Counted from the stretch's first letter, positions 1 to 12,469 are shown. The stretch: DNA of 64,000 nt from Somniosus microcephalus (GCA_052327205.1 CM126234.1:29388001-29452000); one strand, 5' to 3'. The notes: generated by a model not told the origin, from the letters alone. Translations and numbers: made by a program.

Positions 1-1369
1 GATACTTTCTGTTTCATAAATGGTTATTATTACTGTTGATTGGTACTGAAAACAAATTTGCCACCTGCAAGATTATGAGCCATTGCTCCTGGGCTAGAGT
101 GCTGGCATCTAACGAGCGAGGATTGACTGGGACCAGAGCGGGTAAGGGGAGGGCGGGTCCTTGGGACCAGCAGGGGAGGGGGGCGTCCCATGGACCAGCG
201 TGGGGAGAGAGCCCAGTGAACAGCTGATGCACCTTTTCTCAACTTCAGTTGGCAACCAGCAGTCAGTGTGTGCTTTGGACAATATCTTATTCACCCAGGA
301 GGAAAAGGAACTAAATACTATATTTGCCATTGATATTGTGCAAAATAACACACACTGGCATTTTAACGTGGTGTAGGTCATCAAATCAGATGTTTGGCTA
401 AATGTAACTAAATGTGACATTTTGGGGCCCAAACTGCAAGCAGAAGTACAGTGCTGCTCACTTCATTGTACAACTCAATTAATTGCATGAGAATCAAAAG
501 TCCTGAATTTTATTCCCATTATTTTCTACATAAAACATAACCCTCCGAATTAAATGCAGTTGCACGCATAAACCAGTTGTTTTCAAATTTGTCCCATTCA
601 CTTATTTAAAGATTTGAGCAGTTTGCTGTCCTTGTTCAATATAACAAGAAGGCAAGAATGCACAATTCTGTGAACAGAAATAAGAAGGAATAAAATCGAT
701 CGAGAATTAAACTGCTTTATTGTTGCTCTTTCTGACATCCTTTTGAAACAACAGATTTAATGTAGAAATTCAAATGGGATGTGGGATTAACTTTGCTTAG
801 TTACATAACATCTCTCTGCATAATGTCTCTCGTCCCTGCATCATTTCTCATATTTGGATAACGGTTGGTCTCCATTTCTTTTTCCTTCGCCTGCTCTTTC
901 TCTCTTTCTCACAATGTAACTGTGCTTCTCCCATTTTACTGTGATTGTACTATTTTAATAAAAATATTGTTTCTTAAAGTCTCTCTGAAAAGCACTTTCC
1001 CCTCCCTGTTTGTTCCTTCCTGTGGCCTTTGACCTATGCTGGGCTCACAATGTCTTCTGGGTCAACAATTGAACTTTGCTCTCTCGAGCATCCCCGTTCC
1101 TCTTCGTTTTCTTGAATCATGAATTCACAGCGCGTGATGGTTTCTCTGCCCTCGTCTGCTCTATGATCCTGTTTTACTTTGTTCCACCTGATTGGTTTTG
1201 TTCTCTCCTGTAAAACTGACATCACTTTAAATTTAAAATATAAATCAAGGCAAGGTGAAGACCTGTTTTTTTTTCACCCCCCCCCCCATCCTTTTGTGGT
1301 AATTTTTGCTGTTCATCAGGGTGAAGGTTGTCAGTGATTGAAAATGGAACAATTTTCCACTTTCGGCAG

Positions 1370-1740
1370 CCAGTATCCAGCATCAAGGATTCTCAGGTTA
1401 AGTATAGTATGGCCAGATGCAGAGGAAAGCTCCCTATACTCTGCTCAGCTATGTGCATTAACCCCAATCTGAGAAGAGCAGCCTCTAGTACACCAGTGTG
1501 ATGTTTCCACTTCCCACCACAGCCACTTTTACGACCTCTCCAAGTAAGATTGTCAATTTGATGGCAATTAGTGCTCTGTTTGCACTGTGCAACCATGTCT
1601 ACAAGGAACAGGGTCACGACCGTCCAACTTCGTTTCACATAGGCCGCTTATCGAGAGGAGCATTTCAACCCATATCTGTCTTGGCTGGAGTTGAACCCAC
1701 CACACAGGTGAAAGAGTGACACGCTAACCGACTGCAGACC
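1370..1740 (-). mobile_element. LF-SINE-like tRNA-derived SINE, near full length
   Basis: Minus strand has CTTTCACCTG..GGGTTCAACTCCAGCC (B-box head), GGCCTATGTGAAACGAAGTTGG..GTTCCTTGTAGACA and GCACTAATTGCC..CAATCTTAC..GAGAGG, in the same order as the recalled LF-SINE consensus. Related copies at about 10565 and 38085. Confidence 0.65.
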
Positions 1741-2845
1741 CAATCCTTGCAATGGCTATTTTTGACACCAAACACTGCAGCCTTTTATTGGTTTAATACC
1801 TATATGTCCTGCATATTCAACAATAGTGTGTCGATAGAAGGGAAGGGAACCAGTGTAGCTTAAGCTGTTGCTTGACTCTTGATTACTGAAACATTCCTAT
1901 TACAGGGGGAGGGTACCAGACCAATACATCAAACAATTTTCCCCTTTCAAAAAAAAGTTCTCACAAGTACATTGAATAAACCTTTAAAAGAAATCCAGAG
2001 CCCATTTTAAAATGTTCAAGATATCAAATGACTGTATCCCACTACTGACCATCCAACTAAATTATAGTAATAGCCAAAGCTAAAAGTGATGTGTCTTGGA
2101 TACAAAACCTGACGGGTTGGCTAAAAAATAAACCCATCAGATAAACTGGACCTGCAGGAGCCCTAAACTTACTGAAGAATTGCCAAATCAGTTAATACTG
2201 TGCTGGTTCATACCTTTTAAGAAGAGATGAATGAGTATGTGTTGAGGAATGGGATTGAGGATAAGTACAAATGGGGATGATCAAACTGTGTGAAATATGA
2301 TGGGACAAACAAAATGTCATGTGAAGGAAGGCAGCTGGTGTGAAAAGTATAATGTAATATCATTTAAAATAAGTATTTTGGAGTTTGAATCAATCTACTT
2401 TCATGGTGGGGCAGGGAGAAACTTTGTAGAACCTTTCCTCCGTCCATGGTACAGTAGGTTGTATATGGCCTGCAGAAGGAACAGCCTTGATGGGTTGAAT
2501 ATGGAATACATCATATTAATTGAAGAAAATTCAATTCCCCCCTTTCATGAAGTCACAGGAAGAGCTTTCATAGGTTGCCAGTAACCAGCAGTTCTGAAGC
2601 ATAAAATGGGGCAACAAAGAGGTAACTTGAGAGACACCGGTAAATATAGAGGTATCTCCCTTTGTAATATCTAGGATTATGTGGCATTTCATACTTGCAC
2701 TTTACCCTAATTTCATGAATGGATATGCTGTCCATCTTTGTTGGTACTTTTTCTGGAATTTGCAATTCAGGTGCGTATCTTGAAATTTGTTGCATATATG
2801 GTTTTTAGTTGAGTTAGAGACATTTATAAAATTAAACTATTGCTT

Positions 2846-2934
2846 AGGGGAGTGGGACTAATTGGATAGCTCTTTCAAAAAGCTGGCACAGGCATGATGG
2901 GCCGAATGGCTTCCTTCTGTGCTGTATGATTCTA
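2846..2934 (+). mobile_element. CR1/HER1-type LINE 3' tail fragment
   Basis: ggggagtgggactaattggatagctctttcaa...gggccgaatggc...tgtgctgtatgattcta; same as 18036-18125 and the reverse of 33011-33095. Confidence 0.8.
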
Positions 2935-4184
2935 CTTTAATAAATTGACTGCATTGTGAAACTTTGCAGCAACATAAAGTTGCCACAACTGCCAGTGTTG
3001 CAGCATGGTATTGAGGTCTTCTGAGTAGATTATTCTAGCTCCTCCAGGAACTGAGCCTTCCTCCTCCCTCGCCCTCCCCATTTGACACAATCACTGAAAA
3101 GGTTACCAAAAATCCCTGATGTAAGATTTTAAATGATAGCACATGTGGTATGTGAGATATTTGTCACGTCTCCACGATTGTAATGTTTTAAAATGAAAAA
3201 CGTCTTTAAAAATTATATTTCAAACGTGAAATAATTAAAACAGACCACAGCCAGCAGGGAGGGTATGATGAATACCACCTCATGACATCAACTATAATTC
3301 ATTTGTGACTTTGTTACTTGCAAGTTATCCCATCAGCCTCACTTGTGTGAATATTTATCATACCTCATTGCTGTCTGTGACATATCCTCTATATAATAAA
3401 ATGCAATTGTCTTTTATTTATGAATTGATTGATGTGCTTGTCCTGGGTGAATACAAGAGAGGCTAACTTCACATTGAGTGTGTGGACAAGAGAGCTGATT
3501 GAGGGGAGAAATTTGCTTGTGCATTGAAGGGTGACCTTTCTACACATAAACATGTAGTCTTCTCAATTAGCTCCTGATCTATAAGTTCTGTTGTACAGTT
3601 CGACTTTCCTGCATTCAGCCAGGACAGGTATGATCAATTGACCTGTAGCCAAATGACAATAAAGAAACCTTTTCTTTCTTCAAAGCTTGTTATTTTAGTA
3701 AGTATTCCTGGGAACAGAAATACAGTTTGTGGGATCAAAGCCTGCCTCCTGTTGCCCAGGTGATGTCACAGCACTGCACAATCATGTAGGCACAGAATGG
3801 TAAGTTGTGGGCTCATACTTGTTATTCGCTATATGGTGAATTCCCAGCATCAGCTGTGCCATCATGGTGAAAGGTGCAAAGATAGAGGTGTGTGATGTTC
3901 GTCACAGGGAGGGAAGGATGGAGAATCAGAAATCAAGCCAAGTTGGGCCTGAAGTACCCAATTCAACTCTGGTGCAACTGGCACAGAACTAGAACTGTCC
4001 TGGATTCCATGCACCAGTATCCAATATAACCAAATATTAGTGAAAGTGTCCACATTTATGCCAAGTTAATATGTGCTGTGGAATCATGTCCACTGAGGAT
4101 GAGATTCTGCTGTAAAATTAGGAAGTCTAAAGCACTAACCAAACTCATTTAATTTAGGGCCCTTCTAGCCAGAGGACAGAGATC

Positions 4185-4675
4185 AATCTGGGCTGGATTC
4201 AAAACCAGATCCCTGAGGTGGAACAACAGTATGCCAACCCAATGTACAACTCAGAAAACACAGTATTCGAACAGCCCACACCATCCAAGAAAGCAAAGAA
4301 GCTGTCATTCCCTCTTGCCAGGCTGTATTTAAACCCAAATAACAACTGTAAAAGGGTAATGTTTTACCCTTTCTGTCTGGGCTAGATCTGAACTCTGGAC
4401 CTAGAGGTGAATTGGTAGTGATCTAAACATATAGTCCCACCAGGGCCCTCTACACACAGAGAACCTTATTGTATAGGGTTGATTTGAACCTTTGCCCGAG
4501 TGTTGGTCAATTACATAGTTCCCCATCAGAGAAAATAAGAGACTTGGACACAAAGAGAAGGGACAATGTTCTAAGCTACTGGACCATCAACTCCTTCTCA
4601 AAATGAGAGTTTCATTTGTTCTTTGTTGGTTGGATTGAACCCAGATCTCAAAGTTGAAGGGAGAGAGTTCTAATT
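4185..4675 (-). repeat. Cluster of about 5 degenerate tRNA-like (LF-SINE-type) SINE heads, all on the minus strand
   Basis: Units near 4185-4255, 4316-4372, 4374-4445, 4472-4495 and 4625-4675 each read (minus) ..TTCACCTC..GGTTYRAATCCAGCC-like. The best reads TTCACCTCTAGGTCCAGAGTTCAGATCTAGCCCAG. Confidence 0.6.
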
Positions 4676-5780
4676 TCTTGTTCTTAAAAGTATGAAGAAG
4701 ATAGTACAAAGTGCATAAAACATGCCTCCTTTGACAATAAATATAAAATTCAGATATTGTATTATGATAAATGACTTGGGTGTGAACTTCATGGGAGCAG
4801 TGGAAGTCACTATCCCCCTGGTCTCCATGAATTGAAAAATAAGTATTGCAATCCACTTGACCTTGGAAAAAGGGGCTGGTGTATGTCCCACCCTCAGTAA
4901 AAGAGCTGAGTATGACAACACCCAATTCAGAAAAGAGCTGGTATAATCCCATTGCCATTTAGATACTCCTCATTTTATGATCAATAATATAGTCTGCTTC
5001 AATTATGCACATAGTTTGTTCTTAGCTCCACTCTGTCCTTCTCCATGTTTCCAGCCTATCTCCATTATCTCCCTGCTCTGTCTTTCTTCATCTGCTGGCT
5101 CTGAACTTCCCTGCTGTATCCTTCCCTATCTGTTGACTTTAACCGTGCAGTCCCCTGGCTGCGTCCTCCATCTGCTGGCTGTAACTCTGTAATCCAGAGG
5201 TTTTACAGCACAAATCCTCGAATTCTATTGTTTTAGAAAAGGTACATATATGTAATGACACTTGAAAAGGTTCTTGTGTACTCAGGGACTACAATTAAAA
5301 AGTGTTGATGTTGATTTATGTACCAATGATTGCTGATCTCTGCTTTGGCCTAATTAATGTAGCTTAATTTAATTTCTTCCACATATTTGCGTGTATACAT
5401 GCATCTGTCCCAGTCACTAACAGGCATGCAAGAGCAGCTAGAGATGACTCGCTCTGCAATTTTCTGTCCACCTTTAAGCAGTAATACCTCAGCTCAACCT
5501 GGCACCTCTGCTTGACAGCCTGACTGAGATCAGGAACTCGCTATGTGGGGGAATTGCAGATCTGAGCCCATATCCCACCACCCAATGGCGTGGTAACAAC
5601 ACAGTAGAGCTCTAATGCCTGATACTACCAGCCACAATTTTGAATTTATTAATATGATAGATATTGATAGGATAAAACTGACAGAAAAATGATGCACACT
5701 TTCAAAGCAGCATAGGCATTCAGTGGCCAAAAGGTTCACATTTCCCATAGCCCTGTATCTCCAACAGGAGACTGGCAGAG

Positions 5781-5852
5781 TCACAGAATCACAGAAATCA
5801 CAGAAACCCCACAGTGCAGATAGAGGCCATTTCGGCCCATCGAGCCTGCACC
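5781..5852 (-). mobile_element. 5'-truncated HE1 SINE / HER1 tail
   Basis: Reverse complement is nearly identical to the 3' end of the HE1 copy at 40148-40213, including the (ctgtgatt)n tail. Confidence 0.85.
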
Positions 5853-7371
5853 TGGAAAGGGCAAAGACCCGATTCCAGTGAACTTCCATCCACCCCTTAC
5901 AGGGCCATGGGGCAGAGCCAGGGGCTGAGATGCCCTACACTGGGAGTTTCTGCTCCTCTGGCTCCAGTGGGAATGTATCAATGGAGGCCGGTATGCTGAG
6001 TGAGTGGAGGCGTAGCAGTCGCCACAAGGGTGGATGTGAACCCTAGCAGTAGAGCCCAGGCCAGGAAATCTTTGTAGGTTGGCAGGATCAGTGCTTCAGG
6101 GGACTGGTGGGCCAATTCTGGCACAGCCGCCAGGATTACGACCCAGGGGTTTTTAGCCACAGGGAGCAGGGAGATAATGGGGATAGACTGGGAAGATGGA
6201 GATGGATCTCCCATGTCGGATAAGGATAGGTTTGGGCTTAGCTGTAATGCCCATCATGGCTGAAAAGGCCTGTTGATGTTCACCATCTAGGGTCACACAG
6301 GAAGAATCCCCACTTAAACAAGATACTGGAGGAAGGAGGGTGCGTGTGGAACTGTAACGCAATAAAGATCTGCACCTTCAGGAGAAGAAGGAAACAAAAG
6401 TCCAGGTTTTATTGCTGACTGGCATGGCTTCCAGCATTGCAGGTGTAAGTGCCGAGTGCCCATCAGTAGCTTCTCAACATGCTTCACCAGAGACTGGCAT
6501 CCGACCAGCTGTTATTGGCACAAAATGCGACTGTAATCCTTCAAGTGTAAATTGCTACTTAGCAAAGTATATCATCGTAAATTAAAACTTTACACAGCCA
6601 TTTAAATGGAAATAAGACAGGATAATTGGGCAATTTACTCTGACTTATACATAAAGTTTATGGGATAAATATTTAACGTTTCATTGAAAATTACTTGTGA
6701 TCTTTAACAGCAACTTAAATCAGTTTAACAGTAGTAAACCAGTGTGTGTCTTATGGTTTTAATACAAGTTACATCAAGATGAGTGTTAATGTTTATGCAG
6801 CAAGTGCATTTATGGATTTCTGCTGTGTTTCGCTCTAGCTAACGGGGATGAACTCCAGAATGATTTCCAGATCCTAATTAAACCAATTGGAATCCAATCC
6901 CTGTTGATTTGATTGCGATATTTAAAAATCTAAATGAATTTGAATTCAGATTCCACTTACCGTCCCCAAAAAATTCAGAATCAGTGAAGAAATTTGGATT
7001 AAACCAATTTTTCAAGAGGTGACATAGATGCAATAATTCTGATAGGTGGGAACTGCTGAGAGCTCGGTGTTAACTTTGACCTTTGGGCAAGTGATGATAA
7101 GGTATTACGTGTTTGAATGCTTGTTTTATGCGCCTACATGAATGAGTGGACGCCAATGTCTACTTTTAATCTCTCTCAATTAATTAGATCTCAGGCTTCA
7201 AACATGACATTCTTTTGCAACATTATCCAATTTGTGTTGCATGTACACACAGGGAGCACAGTATCGGGTTACAGTGTCTGTACTTCAGGATTTAATTATT
7301 GTGGAAAATAATATACAATAGTACTGACATTATTACTGTCGTCTCTTGTTTGTTCCACAGCTTTGATCTTT

Positions 7372-8275
7372 TAATTTATTTATTCACAGGATGTGGTGTC
7401 GCTGGCAAGGCCAGCATTTATTGCCCATCCCTAATTGCCCTTGAGAAGGTGGTGGTGAGCCGCCTTCTTGAACCGTTGCAGTCTGTGTGGTGAAGGTACT
7501 CCCACAGTGCTGTTAGGGAGGGAGTTAGATGATTTTGACCCAGTGACGATGAAGGAACGACGATATATTTCCAAGTCAGGATGGTGTGTGACTTGGAGGG
7601 TAATTGGAGGTGGTGGTGTTCCCATGCACCTTGCTGCCCTTGTCCTTCTAGGTGGTGGAGGTCATGGGTTTGGGAGATGCTGTTGAAGAAGCCTTGGCGA
7701 GTTGCTGCAGTGCATCTTGTAGATGGTGCACACTGCAGCCATGGTGTGCCGGTGGTGGAGGGAGTGAATGTTTAAGGTGGTGGATGGGGTGCCAATTAGG
7801 CAGACTGTTTTGACCTGGATGGTGTCGAGCTTCTTGAGTGTTGTTGGAAGGGCACTCATCCAGGCAAGTGGAGAGTATTCCATCACACTCTTGACTTGTA
7901 CCTTGTAGGTGGTGGAAAGGCTTTGGGGAGTCAGGAGGTGAGACACTCGCCGCAGAATACCCAGCCTCTGACCTGCTCTTGTGGCTACAGTATTTATGTG
8001 GCTGGTCTAATTAAGTTTCTGGTCAATGGTGACCCCCCAGGATATAGATGGTGGGGGCTTCGACTATGGTAATGCCATTGAATGTCAAAGGGAGGTAGTT
8101 AGACTCTCTCTTGTTGGAGATGGCCATTGCCTGGCACTTCTGTGGTGCAAATATTACATGCCACTTATCAGCCCAAGCCTGGATGTTGTCCAGGTCTTGC
8201 TGCATGCGGGCATGGACTGTTTCATTAGCTAAGGAATTGCGAATGGAACTGGACACTGTGCAATCATCTTCCCCC
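7372..8275 (-). mobile_element. CR1-clade LINE (second family), RT C-terminal region and 3' UTR
   Basis: Broken frames RMQQDLDNIQAWADKWHVIFAPQKCQAM and LSTTYKVQVKSVMEYSPLAW. The 3' UTR gggcaataaatgctggccttgccagc is shared with 43255-43543 and 47183-47801. Confidence 0.9.
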
Positions 8276-8794
8276 ACTTGCCTTCAATTCTCCCTCCCTC
8301 TCTCCATCCCTTGGGTGCCTGTTCATGCCTCTGAGGTCTCCCTCTGTCTATTTCACGTGCTGAGTTCTCTTACTTCACCATATAATGTGTACTTGAGCCC
8401 ACTTTCCAAGTCACCTAGTGTGCATCCAGAGACAATACAGGAAAGCAGGGCTATCCCAGTCACCCTTGCACCCTCAAACTGGTCTATTATCACTGTAGTG
8501 GGGTATCTTGCCTCTCAGTAGATCCCCTGGATCTGTCTCTTGTTATGGAAGGAATTCATGGTATATTACGGACATGCATCACACAGGCTGAGTGGCATGA
8601 ATTCACAGACATGTATGATGGATGAGAGGGGGAAACTTAGAAGCACATTTGGCTGGTTATTTTATGGCACTTCTTGCCTATCAGGCAAGTGCCTCATGCC
8701 TGTAATGCTTTTTGAGTGCCCAGAGCTGTGAGTACCCTACAGCCTGTGTCAAGCTCTGTAATTTGGAAATAGAAACATGAATTTCATTAAGCTG

Positions 8795-9930
8795 AGGGCT
8801 TCAGCATTACAGCCGGGATGTTGTCAGGGCCCATAGCCTTTACTATGTCAAGTGCGCTCAGATCTGTTGGTTGTGGGACCGCTTAGCTCTAACTATAGCC
8901 TGGTGCTTTTGGTATTTAATATGCAGGTAGCTCTGTGTAATAGATTCACACCTCATTCTAAGGTATGCCTGGTGCTGCTCCTGACATACAGTCTTGCAGA
9001 TTGATGGTGATGGAGGAGTGAGGGATGAGGTTATAGATTGTGGTGCTGGTGTACAATTCTACTGCTGCCAATGGCTCACTTCTCATTGATGGCCAGTCCT
9101 ACTTAGCACAGTGGTATGCCACACAACACGATGGAGGGTGCCCTCGTGGTGGAGAGACTTTGGGGGAAAAATTGGGTGGCTCCCATTTTGGGGCGCTAAC
9201 GTCGCTGGGATGCTAATTTTAGCGCCCCGAAAAAGTTAGCGCCCCCCCAGCCATAAATTCAGTAGTAGCGCCCCAAGCAGGAGGTGGGGTGCTACTGGAA
9301 AGCACTCTACCTCCTGCTTGGGGCGCTACTACTGAATTTTACAGTGCTACGTGCAGCCACGCCGCGGCTTTGCAGGCCTCCCTCCCCTGATTAAAGGGGA
9401 GGAGCCTAGCGCTGCACGCACTGAGGCCCTGCTGGACCACCGGGGAGCGGGGTGCCGTGAAAACAGCCCAGCACTCGAGGAGTGCCGGGCTGAGCGATCG
9501 CGGCCGGCACCCCACATACAAAAGTGAAATGGGGCTGGTGCTGGCAGTCAGCCAAAATAAAAATGGCCGCCCAACACCTGCCCTTTAACATGTACCACCG
9601 CCGCTGCCAAACCACCCCCTGATCCTGTCGCACATATCATCCGGCGATAGGTCAGGGGGCGCAAGAGATGTTTGCGGCTGGGGCGCAAGCTGCACGCTGC
9701 ACATGGCGATGATGTCATCGCCGGCGGCGCGGGGTGCTACCAGCTATCGCCGCCCTAACCTCCCACTGAATTTCGTGGGAGGTGTTAGCGCCCGGGCGCT
9801 AGGGGATTTGCGCCCTGTTAGCGCCCCCGGGGGCGCTAACGAGAGGGGCAAACCAACCCAATTTTTCCCCCTTTGTCTTCACAAGACTTTCACCAGGCCT
9901 ATTGTGGACAGACATGTCTGTGACAGTTGA
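8795..9930 (-). mobile_element. Older fragment of the same LINE family, split by the MITE at 9162-9871
   Basis: Flanks ggagagacttt | tttgtcttcacaagact rejoin into continuous LINE-like sequence once the MITE and one TTT are removed. Confidence 0.6.
9162..9871. mobile_element. Non-autonomous DNA transposon (MITE), PIF/Harbinger-like
   Basis: Perfect 16-bp TIR GGGGGAAAAATTGGGT / ACCCAATTTTTCCCCC. 3-bp TSD TTT at 9159-9161 and 9872-9874. CpG-rich, with many subterminal TAGCGCCC / GGGCGCTA motifs. Confidence 0.85.
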
Positions 9931-10564
9931 TGCAAATAGTGGGTTCCCCAAAATAAGAAAGTGTTCCACTTGCAAGCATTGACACCCCTCACCTTAATGA
10001 CCATATCTTTCAATAAAACATGTTTTACTTAAAGCATCACAGATACTTGAGAAACCACATAAAATACCCCCTGTGCAACATTCTGAAATAATAGGCATTG
10101 ATTTCATGTCGAGCTGACTCACTAATAGAGATACACTATATAAAACACCCTCTGTGTAACACAGTCCTCGCTATAACACAGTCCTCTCTATATGATTCGC
10201 TGCTTTACAGTGATCTTTGATATAATACACAATATTTACAGTTTCAGTATAGCAGAGAAACTGTATATAATACCATCTCTGTAATGAGTAGCTCTTACAG
10301 GAAGATAATGGGAGAGGGAAAGGCAAAATTGAGGATAAAAATATTTCGAAAAGAACCTATTACTATAATTGTCCGAGTTCAAAAAGTGAGATCTGGGTGA
10401 TGCAGCAGGTAAAAATGCTCTCCTTTCACTTCTGGGATAGAGTTTTAGTCCAGACTGATAGGGTGAAAGTCTTTTCTTGCTGATGGTTGTTAGTGAAACA
10501 AATCTGGACAGGCTCAGACTAGTTCCCAGTCGATGCAAGTCTGCAGCAGAAAACTGCCCATCAT

Positions 10565-10815
10565 TCAGCCCTAATTGGCACTAATTGGACAATCTCACTC
10601 AGAGAGGCTATTAGGACGGCTGGCGTGGGAAATGAAAATGTTGCCTTGATTCAGTAAGGGGCACTCTTCTGAGCTTGGGGATTACGGCAATTTGGGGCAG
10701 CATAGAGGGAGCTCTGAACTGCATCTGAGCCATGCCAATCTTGACCTAGAGCAAGTTGTATGCTGACACTGGGTATAAAAAGCTGATTTTTTTTTATTCC
10801 CTAGCACTAACATCC
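10565..10815 (+). mobile_element. LF-SINE-like SINE, 3' half
   Basis: aattggcactaattggacaatctcactcagagagg...ggggcagcatagaggggagctctgaactgcatctg; aligns by eye with the reverse of 1370-1580. Confidence 0.6.
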
Positions 10816-11321
10816 TTGATCTGGATCAGCTCAAAATTCACAGGAAATTTTTTAATTCAAAGAGTACAAAATTAATTTTGGTTCAATGCAACACTGATTA
10901 GAGATGTACGCAGGATAGTTTTTTTGCTAGTTAGTCCTTGTTATGATTTTAACCTCTGTACTTGGACAAATTGATGTAAAGTTTTATCATTAAATAACCT
11001 CACGCATTTGTTGCAAGTCCATTTTTAGATTTTTAATGCCAGTTGTAGTTCATATTGAAATAACTGAAAATAAGAAACTGCTCGAAGGGAGGGAGATTTT
11101 GTGAGGGCACGCGGGTGTATTTGACAATTTAGCAGAATGCTCTTCCCCTTTAACATTTAAATACCGTGATGCTCTTCCGCAATTACATGTGCTCTGTTAA
11201 TTCACGGCGCCCATTTGCAGCATTTGCACCTGTGGGGAAGGCACAGCCTCTGCAGGCATACACTCTGCTTCAGTGATTGAACTAAGACTAAAGCTCGAGC
11301 AAGGGCATCAGTAGAGACGAA

Positions 11322-12144
11322 GGGCTGGATTTTCATTGAGGAGTCGGGTAGGAGGCGGGACTACAACGTTCAGGGTTGTAGTCCCGCCTCCATCGAGTTG
11401 TAGCCAACCCACGCGATTTTGACTTGATTGACCTTATTGAGCCTGCTCAGCCGGCTCAGCAGGCCAATTAAGGGCCACCCGGCAACAGGTGACATCACAG
11501 ATTGATATTTCATCTGTCAAGACCTTTTGACAGATGAAATATCAGCGTTTGACAGCTGTTTGAAGCTGTCAAACACTGACAATCTGTACTCTAAGTTAAT
11601 TCCTTCCCCTCAGGATGATTTAGAGATCTCTCCGGAACAGAAAGCTGAATGCTGCAGATTTTGACAGATCATGGCCATTCTGCTTTCTGTGCCGGTGAGA
11701 TGAGGGACTCCCGAGACCTGAAGGAAGGAAGGCTGTAAAGGTAAGTAAAACTTCTTTAATCACTTTAAACACACCAAACACACTTACCTTTGCACTCATG
11801 CACCCATCACTCACCTGAACACCGGACATCTCGACCCCTCCAAGCCCTTCAGCCCGACGGCCCGCCTCGTTAACTTGGCGTGGTTTGGAGCTGTCGAGAC
11901 TCCCACACTTCAAGAATGAAAATAGGGATTAGGCTAAAAACTGCCTGTTAACAGGCAGTTAATTGGTACTAATCCCCTTCCCGCCTCGGGGAGGCGGGTC
12001 CCAGTGCGGGTCGGGTACCCGCCTCCTTTGAAACTGGCATGGAGTTGGGTTGGGGGCGGGATGGGTTCGTGCCCCCCGATTTTGGGATTTTAACCCCACA
12101 CACACCTCCAATCCCGCCTCCACGGTCCAATGAAAATCCTGCTC
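11322..12144. mobile_element. Non-autonomous DNA transposon (MITE), PIF/Harbinger-like
   Basis: TIR GGGCTGGATTTTCATTG / CAATGAAAATCCTGCTC (15 of 17 match). 3-bp TSD GAA at 11319-11321 and 12145-12147. Several internal hairpins and repeated CCCGCCTC motifs. Confidence 0.82.
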
Positions 12145-12469
12145 GAACTGTTAGGAAGAGAGGGGGCGCCTGTCATCACATTGTGACTGCCATTCTTCCC
12201 TGCCTCACTTTTTTTTAAAGTAATATTTATTCATACTTTAGAGTAAATGCACAGTATAATGCCAGTGTTGCAGTACAGAAATTTTGGATGCTGTTACCCT
12301 GCTTTTCTACGCTTTCATTTGTGATTTCGAAGAACTAGAATGAAATTGTGTTACACATTTGCAGCTTTTGGAGATTGAACGTCATTTCACAAAATTAGTG
12401 CAGTGATAGAATCAGAAACAAGTGTCAGGCTCCCTCCAGAAACCTGTGGGTCTATGCATGATATGATGC

